A stretch of 64,000 nt of DNA from Candidatus Bathyarchaeota archaeon (GCA_963780185.1 CAWABA010000001.1:265621-329620), one strand, 5' to 3'. Positions 41,561 through 51,854 are shown, counted from the stretch's first letter. The notes: generated from the sequence alone by a model not told the origin. Numbers and translations are program-made.

Positions 41561-42592
41561 TTGACTCTGAGAACATACATCATAACTAGAGTTTTGCTAA
41601 CTATTCCCATGATATTCATTCTTCTCACAGCAGTATTCGTCATCATGAGGGTGCTGCCGGGCGACCCAGTGATGATGCATTTTGACAAGATGGCGTCGCC
41701 TGCCACTATCCAAGCAATGCGTGTACAACTGGGTATGAACAAGCCCATCTACCTGCAATACGTGGACTACATTGTCGGCCTGTTCCAAGGCAACCTTGGA
41801 AAATCCATGCAGGACGGCTCCCCTGTGGCGCAGCAGATTTTCTCAGCTTTCCCTGCGACGCTTGAGTTGGCAATATGCGCCATGACCGTGGCGGTGGGGG
41901 TCGGCGTCTTTCTGGGTGTACAAGCATCAAAATCCTACAACAAACCCAAAGACCACGCGATAAGGCTTTTCAGCATAATTACTTACGCGATTCCCGTTTT
42001 CTTCTTGGGTATGATTTTCCAAATGGTGTTTGGAGTTTGGCTTCATTGGCTGCCGACAGGAGGAAGAATCGCGCCGGGAATGGAGCCGACTGGATTAACG
42101 ATAGGCAGCATTCACATCCAAACTGGCTTGTACACTATTGATAGCCTCCTCGGCGGAAACATAGGTGAATTCGCCCTATCAGTGGAGTACCTTTTCCTGC
42201 CTTCTCTGACTCTAGGATTGGTTCTCAGCGGAGTGTTTGTTCGACTTACAAGAACTAACATGTTCGAAACAATGCGGCTTGACTTCGTTACGGCAGCTAA
42301 AGCCCGCGGACTCAAAGACGAGACCGTGACCTACGGGTACGCTCTTCGCAATGCGTTTCTGCCCGTCTTGACGATGACTGGTCTCCAGTTCGCCCTGCTT
42401 CTCGGCGGAGCCGTATTGACGGAAACCACGTTTTCTTGGCCAGGCCTAGGCACATACCTTGTCGACCGCATAAATTTCCGTGACTACACAGCTATCCAAG
42501 GCGCAGTCGTAGTCTTCGGCATCTTCGTCTCAATTGTAAGTCTAGCTGTGGATCTGCTTTATGCTTACTTGGATCCGAGGATTAGACTGTAG
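41561..42592 (+). CDS. dppB: ABC peptide transporter permease
   Basis: LPGDP, PATLEL, TAAKARGL (EAA loop), TETTFSWPGLG. Confidence 0.93.
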   Translation: MTLRTYIITRVLLTIPMIFILLTAVFVIMRVLPGDPVMMHFDKMASPATIQAMRVQLGMNKPIYLQYVDYIVGLFQGNLGKSMQDGSPVAQQIFSAFPATLELAICAMTVAVGVGVFLGVQASKSYNKPKDHAIRLFSIITYAIPVFFLGMIFQMVFGVWLHWLPTGGRIAPGMEPTGLTIGSIHIQTGLYTIDSLLGGNIGEFALSVEYLFLPSLTLGLVLSGVFVRLTRTNMFETMRLDFVTAAKARGLKDETVTYGYALRNAFLPVLTMTGLQFALLLGGAVLTETTFSWPGLGTYLVDRINFRDYTAIQGAVVVFGIFVSIVSLAVDLLYAYLDPRIRL

Positions 42593-43525
42593 GTGACTGC
42601 CATGGCTGAAGACAAAACCAAGAAAAGCTTCTTCGGAAGAACGAAAAAAAGCATCATCGCAACCTTGATTCCCGGGTTTTCTTCATTGGCAAAGCGTCGG
42701 GGCTTAGCTGGAAAATTCGTAATCTTCGGGGCAGTTCTGACCGTTGCGATAGTGCTGATGACTGCGTTTTCACCGTGGATCGTGCCCCATAACCCCGGTG
42801 CACTCAACGTTGGAAAGCCGTTCACTGCGCCAGACGCGAAGTTTCCGTTGGGAACGGATCAACTTGGCAGGGACATGTTAAGCAGAGTGATCGCAGGAGG
42901 CTCGGTGATGCTTGAGGTTGCCCTTGTCTCAGTTGCAGCCTGCTTCGCAATTGGTGTACCTCTCGGGTTGTTTTCATCCCACACAGGCGGCGCCGTTGAC
43001 AAGTTCATCAGCCTCATAATGGACAGCATGTACGCGTTCCCAGGAATTATCTTGGCCATTGCCTTCTCGCTTGTTCTCGGCAGAGGAGTCGTGAACATGG
43101 CGATTTCAATAGCTGCCGTGTATGTGCCATCCTATTTCCGCATGGTCAGAAGCCAAGTTCTCAGCATTAAGGAGCTCCCCTACGTTGAAGCGGCAAACTC
43201 AGTCGGCGCCAAAAAAGGCACAATCCTGAGACGGTACATCTTCCCCAACGTTTTGCCGTCGGTTGTTGTTGTAGCGACAGTGAATTTCGCGGACGCCATC
43301 CTCACTGCGGCAGGCTTGACTTTCATCGGTTTAGGCGTGCCCCCGAACGTGCCTGACTGGGGCTGGGACCTCACCAATGGGCGAACACTTCTGCCAAGCG
43401 GTACTTGGTGGGTCATAACTTTCCCGGGGATAATGATTATTCTGCTCGCGTTAGGCTTCACTTTGATGGGTGAAGGCTTAAGCGAACTGCTTAACCCACG
43501 GCTAGAACAAGGAGGCGAAAAGTAA
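42593..43525 (+). CDS. dppC: ABC peptide transporter permease
   Basis: LGTDQLGRD, YVEAA..VGA, LTFIGLG..P..PDWG. Confidence 0.93.
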   Translation: MTAMAEDKTKKSFFGRTKKSIIATLIPGFSSLAKRRGLAGKFVIFGAVLTVAIVLMTAFSPWIVPHNPGALNVGKPFTAPDAKFPLGTDQLGRDMLSRVIAGGSVMLEVALVSVAACFAIGVPLGLFSSHTGGAVDKFISLIMDSMYAFPGIILAIAFSLVLGRGVVNMAISIAAVYVPSYFRMVRSQVLSIKELPYVEAANSVGAKKGTILRRYIFPNVLPSVVVVATVNFADAILTAAGLTFIGLGVPPNVPDWGWDLTNGRTLLPSGTWWVITFPGIMIILLALGFTLMGEGLSELLNPRLEQGGEK

Positions 43526-44508
43526 TGGCTGAACCACTGCTCTCCGTAGAAGGGCTAACAGTAGAATATTGGACCAACAAAGGTAAACTCCGCGCCGTCA
43601 ACGACGTTTCGTTCCAACTGGGCAAATCAGAGGTTCTCGGCGTCGTCGGCGAATCAGGATCTGGAAAATCAACCCTTGGATTGTCACTTATCGGTTTAGT
43701 TCCCTACCCTGGAAGAATCGTTAAAGGAAACGTTTCGCTTAACGGCAAAGATATCCTTTCGCTCAAGAAAGAGGCGCTGCGTAACCTGCGGGGAAAGGGG
43801 GTTAGCTACGTTTTTCAGGACCCTATGACTTCGCTGAACCCAGTGAAGAAGATCGGCGACCACTTCGCGGAAATGATTACCACGCACGAACCCAAAGTAA
43901 CCAAGAAAGAAGCTTTAGAACGCGCCGCGAAGCTCCTAAAAGACGTCGGCATTCAGGCTGACAAAATCAACGCGTATCCTCATCAACTCAGCGGAGGGAT
44001 GAGGCAGCGGGTAATGATAGCTTTGGCAATAACGTTGAATCCGAGCATAGTCGTGGCGGATGAACCTACAACCGCCCTTGACGTGATTGTGCAGGCAAAA
44101 ATCCTCGACTTGCTCAATAAGCTGCGGGACACCTACGGTATGGCTCTTCTGCTGATAACCCATGACCTCAGCATAGTGATGGAGAGAAGCGACCGAATCC
44201 TAGTAATGTACGCGGGGCAAGTTGTCGAATACGCCCCGAGCAAAAGCCTCTACGAGCAGCCACAGCACCCATACACGAAGGGTCTGCTGAGAAGCATCCC
44301 AAACATCGAATTAGCTGACCAGAAACTGGAAGCCATCGCGGGTTCCCCACCTGACCTGCTGAATATGCCTGGAGGCTGCAGGTTTTGGCCCCGCTGCAGC
44401 TTCGTCTTTGACCGATGCCGAAGCGAGGAGCCGTCGCTTGTGAAAACCTCTGACACGCATTTCGTTCGTTGTTTCCTATGCACTGCGCAAGGAGGCTGCC
44501 AGACATGA
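43525..44508 (+). CDS. dppD: ABC peptide transporter ATPase
   Basis: GESGSGKS, LSGGMRQR, DEPTTALD, HPYT, GCRFWPRC. Confidence 0.95.
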   Translation: MAEPLLSVEGLTVEYWTNKGKLRAVNDVSFQLGKSEVLGVVGESGSGKSTLGLSLIGLVPYPGRIVKGNVSLNGKDILSLKKEALRNLRGKGVSYVFQDPMTSLNPVKKIGDHFAEMITTHEPKVTKKEALERAAKLLKDVGIQADKINAYPHQLSGGMRQRVMIALAITLNPSIVVADEPTTALDVIVQAKILDLLNKLRDTYGMALLLITHDLSIVMERSDRILVMYAGQVVEYAPSKSLYEQPQHPYTKGLLRSIPNIELADQKLEAIAGSPPDLLNMPGGCRFWPRCSFVFDRCRSEEPSLVKTSDTHFVRCFLCTAQGGCQT

Positions 44509-45503
44509 GCCGAGCAGGCGAAGAAATTCTGCGGGTTGAAAATCTGCAGAAGTATTACCCTGTCGAGAAGGGTTTCCTCGAAAAGATGTTCTCCCGAAAC
44601 AGGCACTTCGTGAAAGCCGTAGATGGCATCAGCTTCACTGTTCGCCGAGGAGAAATTTTCACGTTAGCAGGAGAAAGCGGATGCGGCAAAACCACAACGG
44701 GCAAGCTGGTTCTGCGTTTAACTCAGCCCACTTCGGGGCGCATTTTCTTCGATAACACCGACATAACCGCCTTGAAGGGAGAAGAGCTGCGTATTCTGCG
44801 GCGAAAAATGCAGATGATCTTCCAAGACCCTTACGCCTCATTCAATCCCCGAATGAGGATCGGCGCCGCCGTCGGGCATCCCCTTGAAATCCACAAGTTA
44901 GCTTCGGGGTCAGAGAAGCAAGCGAGGGTCTTTGAGGTTCTGGAACGCGTCGGCTTGTCACCTGCCAAAAAGTTCGCGGAGTTGTATCCCCATCAGATGA
45001 GCGGCGGTCAACGGCAGCGTGCAGCCATGGCTCGATCCCTGATTTTGAAGCCAGAATTCATCGTTGCAGACGAGCCTGTTTCAATGATTGATGTTTCCCT
45101 TCGAACCTCAATTATCGATTTGATGCTGGATCTGCGTAGGGACATGGGTTTGACTTACCTGTTCATCACGCATGACTTGGCGATTGCAAAGTACATTTCT
45201 GACCGCATCGCGGTCATGTACTTGGGCAAAATCGTGGAGATAGGCGACAAAGACGCTATCTTCTCCAACCCGCTTCACCCCTACACTAAGGCGTTGCTGG
45301 CTGCAATCCCGGTGCCGAACCCTGAACGGAAACGGAAAGAAACAGAACTCATCGGCGAAGTTGCTTCGGCGGTAAACGTTCCTTCAGGTTGTCGCTTCCA
45401 CACTCGATGCCGATACTGCCAAGCAGGATGCAGCGAGAAAGAGCCAGTTTTAGTGGAAGTATCGCCTAACCATCTGGTAGCCTGTGATTTGGCGAAAAGC
45501 TGA
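44505..45503 (+). CDS. dppF: ABC peptide transporter ATPase
   Basis: GESGCGKT, MSGGQRQR, DEPVSMID, GCRFHTRC; ATGA overlap with dppD. Confidence 0.95.
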   Translation: MSRAGEEILRVENLQKYYPVEKGFLEKMFSRNRHFVKAVDGISFTVRRGEIFTLAGESGCGKTTTGKLVLRLTQPTSGRIFFDNTDITALKGEELRILRRKMQMIFQDPYASFNPRMRIGAAVGHPLEIHKLASGSEKQARVFEVLERVGLSPAKKFAELYPHQMSGGQRQRAAMARSLILKPEFIVADEPVSMIDVSLRTSIIDLMLDLRRDMGLTYLFITHDLAIAKYISDRIAVMYLGKIVEIGDKDAIFSNPLHPYTKALLAAIPVPNPERKRKETELIGEVASAVNVPSGCRFHTRCRYCQAGCSEKEPVLVEVSPNHLVACDLAKS

Positions 45504-45570
45504 CGCAAAACTTCCTGTTGAAGCCATTATTGGACTTGCCAAACGTTTGAGCTGACAAGTTGCCATGTGA

Positions 45571-46035
45571 CTACTTTACGAATTTCAGTATCGTAGGCTC
45601 CATCAGCCGCAGCAAATCTTGCTTGCTTATCCTGACGCTTTTAGTCAGCAATCCGAAGTTGAAGTTGACGAAGTCATTTTCCAGAACTGATGGATCCAGA
45701 AAAGTCGACAACCCAAACAGGGCTCCAAACGGGGGAACCGAGCCGCTTTCACAATTCGTTGCTTTCAACACTTCATCCTTCGAGGCAAAACTCAGCTTTG
45801 TCCCCAGATGTGACTCCAAGACCTTGAAATCTATCTTTTTGTCTGCTGCAACGTTAACAAGAATGAAGTTTCCATCTTTCTTCTTCAGCACCATTGATTT
45901 GCAGCCCGTCTTCAACTCGACTCCCCTGACCTGCGCCGCCTCCTCCGACGTGTAGACAGGCGGGTGCTCGTAGAGTTGATAGCAAACGTTGTTTTGCTTG
46001 AAAAGCTCCAGAATCTTTTCCGCTTCTTCCTTCAA
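45571..46035 (-). CDS. YbaK/ProX aminoacyl-tRNA deacylase family protein
   Basis: HPPVYTSEEAA, KSMVLK, GSVPPFG. Confidence 0.88.
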   Translation of the reverse strand: MKEEAEKILELFKQNNVCYQLYEHPPVYTSEEAAQVRGVELKTGCKSMVLKKKDGNFILVNVAADKKIDFKVLESHLGTKLSFASKDEVLKATNCESGSVPPFGALFGLSTFLDPSVLENDFVNFNFGLLTKSVRISKQDLLRLMEPTILKFVK

Positions 46036-46056
46036 TGAAAGTCCCTACAACTAACG

Positions 46057-46578
46057 CTACTTCTTTTTTGCCCTGCGGATATGCATTTCCTCAGTCAACA
46101 GCCATGTTTTGCCGTTGTCATGTGTTTCCTCGGCACGCCATCGGAAAGACTTCGGCGTGATTTCCGAAAATATCCAGTTCTCAGGGTAACCGTTGGTGTT
46201 TTGGAGTTCAAGAACGATTTCATCTTTGACTTTGCGGGCTATGAAAGCTTGGACAAGACCCTTAAGTGGAGAAAGCCAGGTGCTGCGCCACGCGTCAATT
46301 TTCGGGTCGTAGAATCGGATGGTTGTTCCGAAAAGAGTAATCTTCTCTGAACCCTCCTTGCAGCCCATCCAGACATCCTGCACCGCTGTGCCGCCCAAAA
46401 TCCACCCGAAATGGACCTCTCCATGCATCTTAACCCAAGTCCCATCTGCCTGCACGTATCGAGCTTCCACGATGTCCCAGTCGCCGACAAACTGACCAAA
46501 AAGCATCAACTTCTCTTTCAAGTCTGGGTCAGGACCGTCAGCAGCTAAACCTTCAATCTTCCACGTGTTCTTTGCCAT
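46057..46578 (-). CDS. Hypothetical beta-barrel protein (DUF1579-like)
   Basis: FGQFVGDW, GTTIRFYDP...WRSTW, WIFSEIT..SFRW, DNGKTW. Confidence 0.7.
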   Translation of the reverse strand: MAKNTWKIEGLAADGPDPDLKEKLMLFGQFVGDWDIVEARYVQADGTWVKMHGEVHFGWILGGTAVQDVWMGCKEGSEKITLFGTTIRFYDPKIDAWRSTWLSPLKGLVQAFIARKVKDEIVLELQNTNGYPENWIFSEITPKSFRWRAEETHDNGKTWLLTEEMHIRRAKKK

Positions 46579-46780
46579 TTGAAATACACTTCCGATTTAG
46601 CGATTGTTATTGCTATTTGTGAAAAGATAAATTTTGCCTAAAACAGATATCCTTAGCTTTGAGGGGGCGATTCAAAACTTATCCAAACTTGGGTGTTGAA
46701 TGATGTTTCTTGTTGGGAAATGTGTTAAAAGGCTTATATTCATAGACAGAAATCAATATTTGCGCAAGAGAGGGATTGGT

Positions 46781-48043
46781 TTGAAGGGAAAACTGCTTTC
46801 ACTGTTAACGTTGAGTTTGTTTGTGCTGTTTGTTTTAAGTTTCACTTTGTTGGCTAAAGCCCAAACCGACACCACGGTTTGGAGCGACAACATGAAATAT
46901 CAGAGCTTAAGCCAGATGCAGACGGCAGGCTGGACCACCAACAACCCGGTAGGCGTCAACTTCACCTCAAGCGGCGTAGTCGTTGACGATTTCCACGGCG
47001 ACACCTCTATTTTCTACAGCGGCCATTTCGCCTCGGGCATCGTCAATTGGCAGGTTGAGAACCAAAACCGCTGGGTTTCAGGACCTCATTGTGGAGACAG
47101 CGTTGGGGCAAGTACTGATGGGAACAGTTACGAGTTTGCCGCGGATGGTTGGTACAGCAATTTCGCGTTTTATGCTGGCGGCTCCAAAGTTTGGTTTTCT
47201 GCTCAAGGCACCTACAGCGAGAGCCAAGGCTCGCTAATCACTTTAATCATGGAGAAATCTGGTGACCAAATCAAATGCTACTACAATGGGCATCTTGAAT
47301 ACACCTACACCGAAAAGACCTATGCGTCTTCACCCCTTGTCGGCGTATCCACGGTCTCACCCTACCTGGGCGCAGCAGAATACGACTATTTCCAGCTCTC
47401 GACAGGTTCCGGGAGCAGTTCTTCCAGTCCAGGGTCAGGGTCAAGCAGCGTTCTGAGTAATCCTGTTGTGGTAGGCGGCATAGCGGGCGGTGTGGCGGTA
47501 GGTGTTGGAGCGGGGGTTGGTTTGGCAATTCACTTTGGCGTAATAGGAGGCGGTGCAGCTGGTTCTGCCAGTGCGGGGTCGGGCGCGGCTACAACTGGGT
47601 CGGCAGGCGGCGCGTCTGGTTCTGGAGCTGGTGCAAGCGGGTCATCTGGAACAGGGAGCAGCGGAGGTTCTGGCGGCGATTCAGGAGCAGCCTCATCGCA
47701 AGGAGGCGGCGGTTCAGGCGGAGGAGACGCAGGCGGCTCTAACCTTGTAGCTGACGCAGGAAACATCCAGCAGATGCAGGATGCAAATGCAGCCGCCCAA
47801 CAGGCAACTACACTTCAGAATCAAATGCAGCAAGCCAATCAGGCTCAAGCTGACCAACGGCAGAAAATTCAACAAGACACACAAACAAAAATCATGGACA
47901 CACAGCAAGATGTTACCCAGAATAAACAAAAAACGCAGGACAAAGCCAATCAAAACGCGGATTCATACATACGTGCGTCTACTGATTCAGACAGCTCTGT
48001 AGCTCAAGACGGCAGTGGTTCAGCTGAATCAGGCGAGGGGTAA
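46781..48043 (+). CDS. Single-pass membrane protein: lectin-like ectodomain, Gly/Ser linker, Gln-rich C-terminal helix
   Basis: Signal ending LAKA|Q; ConA-like beta domain; GxxxG-rich TM; G/S/A linker; QQDTQTKIMDTQQDVTQNKQKTQDKANQNADSYIR. Confidence 0.75.
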   Translation: MKGKLLSLLTLSLFVLFVLSFTLLAKAQTDTTVWSDNMKYQSLSQMQTAGWTTNNPVGVNFTSSGVVVDDFHGDTSIFYSGHFASGIVNWQVENQNRWVSGPHCGDSVGASTDGNSYEFAADGWYSNFAFYAGGSKVWFSAQGTYSESQGSLITLIMEKSGDQIKCYYNGHLEYTYTEKTYASSPLVGVSTVSPYLGAAEYDYFQLSTGSGSSSSSPGSGSSSVLSNPVVVGGIAGGVAVGVGAGVGLAIHFGVIGGGAAGSASAGSGAATTGSAGGASGSGAGASGSSGTGSSGGSGGDSGAASSQGGGGSGGGDAGGSNLVADAGNIQQMQDANAAAQQATTLQNQMQQANQAQADQRQKIQQDTQTKIMDTQQDVTQNKQKTQDKANQNADSYIRASTDSDSSVAQDGSGSAESGEG

Positions 48044-48117
48044 ACTTGCCCCTCTGGCTTTTTTGTTTTTACTCAAAATTCTAGTGTTGTTCCTGACTTC
48101 TTTGGGAGCCTGAAAAC

Positions 48118-48948
48118 GTGTCCAGCCGTGAGCCTTCTTTAGCTGAGAAATATTTTCTCCGCGGGGACGACCTGAGACTTCAGGGTAAATTTGAAGCTGC
48201 ATTGGATGCCTACGCCAAGGGCTTGGAGATTAGTTCAGACAACGAAAAAGCATGGAATAACTGTGGAGTTGTGTTAGCTGGCTTGGGCAGGTATGAGGAT
48301 GCTTTGGAGGCTTACGATAAAGCTATCGAAATCAACCCTGCCTATGCAAAGGCGTGGAATAACAAAGGCGCGGCTTTGGATAGTTCGGTTAGATTTCAAG
48401 AAGCTCTAAAAGCATATGGTAGAGCGATTGAATTAAGCCCCAATTATCAGAAAGCGTGGGTTAACATGGCAATGGTTTTCATTAAAATGTACAAGTCAGA
48501 TGAAGCGTTGTCGGCTCTTGATGAAGCTATAAAAATTAACCCCCAAGATTATGACGCATGGCAGCTTAAGGGCGCTGCCCTGAGCAACTTGGGTAGGTAT
48601 GAAGAGGCAATTGTTTCGTTAGAGAAAGCCATCGCAATCAATCCATCTCGCCAGGCGGCGTGGAATAACAAGGGTGTCGCCCTAGAGTTTCTGGGACGAC
48701 TTGAAGAGGCTTTGACGGCGTATAACAAGGCGCTTGAACTTAACCCGAATTATCAGCGGGCATGGTTTAACAAAGGAAGCGTTTTAGCAAGCTTAGGAAA
48801 ACCCCAGGAAGCCCTTGCCGCCTATGACAAAGCAACAGAAATCAACCCGAAAGATTACGAAGCATGGTACCAAAAAGGGGTGGTTCTAAGCACTTTAGGC
48901 AAGCATGAGGAATCTGTGAAGGCTTATGACAAAGCGTTGATCCATTAA
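48118..48948 (+). CDS. Tetratricopeptide repeat protein (about 8 TPRs)
   Basis: Repeated AWNNKG..L..LGR.EEAL.AYDKA.EINP. Confidence 0.95.
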   Translation: MSSREPSLAEKYFLRGDDLRLQGKFEAALDAYAKGLEISSDNEKAWNNCGVVLAGLGRYEDALEAYDKAIEINPAYAKAWNNKGAALDSSVRFQEALKAYGRAIELSPNYQKAWVNMAMVFIKMYKSDEALSALDEAIKINPQDYDAWQLKGAALSNLGRYEEAIVSLEKAIAINPSRQAAWNNKGVALEFLGRLEEALTAYNKALELNPNYQRAWFNKGSVLASLGKPQEALAAYDKATEINPKDYEAWYQKGVVLSTLGKHEESVKAYDKALIH

Positions 48949-48982
48949 GCTGATTTTAGCCTTTTGTGCCTTGGTCGTTAAG

Positions 48983-49282
48983 TTATTTTTGTATGCCGAT
49001 GTTTTTAGCCCACGCAAGAGCTTCCGAATATTTCAGCACGGGAGAACTTTTGACGGTGCCGATTATCCTGAGCGGTTCAACTGCGTTGCTAAGGGACGTT
49101 GCGTCGTTGGCGTCTAAAATGAAGTACCAGACGTGTCCGGGCGCATCAAGATATCCCTCCACAACTTTTACACCCGATTTCTTCATGCTCTCATCCATCT
49201 TAGCCGTAAACATCTCGTCGGGTCTCATGACTCCTCCAGGACAGTTTTCAGCGCTGTGCGTTGCGACTATTAGAAAAAGCAA
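48983..49282 (-). CDS. Small GYD/DUF3303-like alpha+beta protein
   Basis: HSAENCPG, H.WYFILDA; GGAGGTG SD. Confidence 0.65.
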   Translation of the reverse strand: MLFLIVATHSAENCPGGVMRPDEMFTAKMDESMKKSGVKVVEGYLDAPGHVWYFILDANDATSLSNAVEPLRIIGTVKSSPVLKYSEALAWAKNIGIQK

Positions 49283-49511
49283 CTCAAAACACCTCCTTTC
49301 AAATTAGCCAGTAAAAGTGAAGCCAAATTTGTTTCTTAAAGTTTGTGGTTGTGAGCTGACAGGAGCAAACAAACGTTTCCGAAAACCCGTGGCGGAAGAA
49401 TCCGTGTCCTGTTTGAGGTTTCAGTCGAATCGATTTTTTGTGGTGGCTTAAGAGCTGCAATCGCAATCGTTAATAGCTTGGAAAACCATTTTTTGGTGAG
49501 GTTGTTAATTT

Positions 49512-50147
49512 TTGTCTGGACCCATCGACATCGTGCGTTCGCTGCATAACGCTTTTTGCCGTGATATTTTTCAAATTGATGATGTAGCTTTCAAAATAGC
49601 CCGGGGCGGCGGAGATCAAGCCGTCGTTTTGGATCGGCTGACTCTTATGGGGGAGGTTTTGGATTATCATGCCCGAGGTGAGGAGGCTGCGGTTTTTCCC
49701 GCCGTCGACAAAGTAGCGCCTCTTGTCGCTAAAGCTTATTTGATGGATCATCGCGAACTTGACGTCATGGTTAGCGGGTTAGAAGCGATGCGGAAAGCGC
49801 CTGATCCGCTTACGATGGCTAGGGCAACGGCAGTCCTGTCGTCACATCTGCGAATTCATCTAGACAAAGAAGACGCCCACCTATACCAAATCCTCAGAGA
49901 ACGAACAACAGAAGCTGAGCAAGCGTCGATTGTTGGACTTATGTCACGGCAAGTGCCGCCTAACAGGTTTCCCACTTTGATTCAATGGCTTTTCCCGCTG
50001 CTTAGCCCAGAAGACCAATACGTGACTACGAAGGGCTGGATGACTTTGATGCCGCCGCCGGTTTTCGCCACCGTCAAATCCCTGATAAAACAGAGTGTTC
50101 CCCAAAACTGGGCTGAATTAGCTAAGCAAATCCCGGGTTTAGAATAA
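49512..50147 (+). CDS. Hemerythrin/HHE cation-binding domain protein
   Basis: H(NAF), YHARGEE, DH, HLDKED motifs. Confidence 0.88.
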   Translation: MSGPIDIVRSLHNAFCRDIFQIDDVAFKIARGGGDQAVVLDRLTLMGEVLDYHARGEEAAVFPAVDKVAPLVAKAYLMDHRELDVMVSGLEAMRKAPDPLTMARATAVLSSHLRIHLDKEDAHLYQILRERTTEAEQASIVGLMSRQVPPNRFPTLIQWLFPLLSPEDQYVTTKGWMTLMPPPVFATVKSLIKQSVPQNWAELAKQIPGLE

Positions 50148-50342
50148 AAAGCGAATTCTGACGGCTGAAACTTTCTGTGTTCTTTGGAGTAGTCAGCATT
50201 TTCGTCTTGGCGTATTTCTCCAGTAGATTTGGTTGTTAGTCAACAAAGTTTGACTTGATTCAGTCAAGAAACCTTGACGAATAAACTTTAATTCAGAAAC
50301 GAATAAACCAATTTTCAAGGGAAGAAACGTCGAGGTATTCCT

Positions 50343-51023
50343 ATGCAAAAAAAGATTGCAGCTCTTGCCGTCATCTTTACGCTTGTCCTATCCATGGTTG
50401 GAGCCATCGCTGGTGTTTGCGGTGAGCCTTCCGTGGGAGTCAAAAAAGGCGATTGGATGGATTACAATGTTGTCATAGGCGGGCATCCTCCGCCGATTCA
50501 CAATGTTAACTGGCTTAGAATAGAGGTTTTGCAGGTTCAAAGCGACGCATTCAAAGCGAACTTCACTGTGAGGTACCCCAACGGAACCCTGTACACCACT
50601 ACTTGGCAATTCAACTTCACAGAAGGCAACACTGAAGGCTGGATAATCATTCCATCAAACCTAAGCCCCGGCGACATGTTCCTTGACCTCCACAAGTCAG
50701 AAACGGCGAACGTAACCATCCAAAGGCAAGAGCAAAAAACAGTTGCAGGCGCAACCCGAACCATAATATTCGCAAACGATTCCTTGAGGACCAAGGAATG
50801 GGACAAAGCCACCGGCGTCTTCACTAACTCTTCTGAGACTTTCAAAAACTGGAGCGCCTACGTGTACCTCACCTCCACCAACATTTGGAGCCCCAAAATC
50901 GAGGGACTAAACCCGAAAACGTTCTACGTGCTGGTTGCAGCAAGCATAGTGGTGGCTGTGTCGGTGTCGGCTTTAGAAATAATTTTTTTCCGAAGAAAAA
51001 GAAGACAGGTCAATTCTGCATGA
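50343..51023 (+). CDS. Secreted protein with C-terminal TM anchor
   Basis: Signal peptide, GVKKGDW..Y, WDKATGV, C-terminal TM and RRKRR. Confidence 0.8.
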   Translation: MQKKIAALAVIFTLVLSMVGAIAGVCGEPSVGVKKGDWMDYNVVIGGHPPPIHNVNWLRIEVLQVQSDAFKANFTVRYPNGTLYTTTWQFNFTEGNTEGWIIIPSNLSPGDMFLDLHKSETANVTIQRQEQKTVAGATRTIIFANDSLRTKEWDKATGVFTNSSETFKNWSAYVYLTSTNIWSPKIEGLNPKTFYVLVAASIVVAVSVSALEIIFFRRKRRQVNSA

Positions 51024-51037
51024 GTGCGTTATTTTGT

Positions 51038-51385
51038 TTATCCAGATTCTCTTCGGGTGGTTTTACATTTTGTGCACCTGAAGAATGTAATTGTTGAATG
51101 AATAGTTTCGTCTGCAGCTTCGACGTTCCAAGTTTCGCTTACAGTGTTTCCACACGTTTCACACACCAAATGAATTGTCGGAAGCTGTCTTAGCAGTGCC
51201 TCTTTGCTTTGGTCTATCACAGCGATTTCAGCTACTTTGCCAAGTTGTAGGATTATTTTTTTGCGTAGTTCTTCATGCTCCATTGGTTTTTGGAATTTGC
51301 ATTTTGGGCATCTGAGTGTGGAAGCGTCTTTTTTTGCTTTTTGAAGTATCGATCCGCATTTTGGGCAGAAATCCATTGTGTTCAC
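51038..51385 (-). CDS. Transcription factor S (TFS/RpoM) paralog
   Basis: FCPKCG..CPKC N-terminal ribbon; CETCG...AADE...TFFRCTKC C-terminal ribbon. Confidence 0.85.
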   Translation of the reverse strand: MNTMDFCPKCGSILQKAKKDASTLRCPKCKFQKPMEHEELRKKIILQLGKVAEIAVIDQSKEALLRQLPTIHLVCETCGNTVSETWNVEAADETIHSTITFFRCTKCKTTRRESG

Positions 51386-51585
51386 CTGCGTGTAGGCTTT
51401 TCTAATTGAAATGATTTTTATGTATTCCGACTTTTACGTTACAAATAATTTAATTAATGTCCCATTTGGTGCAACCTGACCCCTCCACTTAGTGGAGACG
51501 TCACCCGCCGTCCCCCTTGATAGAAAGCGATAGGGACTAGTGGTAAACGAATTCCTTTGATTCAAATCTGAGAATAAGGATTGGT

Positions 51586-51807
51586 TTATGGGCAACAATT
51601 GCAGCTGTTGGTGTTGAGCCATTTCTTGTGCCACTTAAATTTTTCACAGCCTTCTTTTGATTCGCAGCACATGCATTGGTCTTCGCTTGTAGCTTTGTTT
51701 ATCATATCGATTAGTTCCTTCTCCGCTTTAGGGTCAAGGCATAGCTTTTTGACTTGTTTTTCAAATTCACCTGTCAAATGCACAAACTCCTTTGTAATTC
51801 TAACCAC
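51586..51807 (-). CDS. Small Cys-rich hypothetical protein
   Basis: CMCCESKEGCEKFKWHKKW...CNCCP. Confidence 0.6.
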   Translation of the reverse strand: MVRITKEFVHLTGEFEKQVKKLCLDPKAEKELIDMINKATSEDQCMCCESKEGCEKFKWHKKWLNTNSCNCCP

Positions 51808-51829
51808 AAGCAGGTATTCTTTAACATAA

Positions 51830-51854
51830 TGGTGGACTGGGGGATTTGAACCCC
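51830..51854 (-). repeat. att-like duplication of the tRNA-Ala 3' end
   Basis: TGGTGGACTGGGGGATTTGAACCCC versus tRNA TGGTGGACTGGGGGGGATTTGAACCCCC at 53329-53356. Confidence 0.85.
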
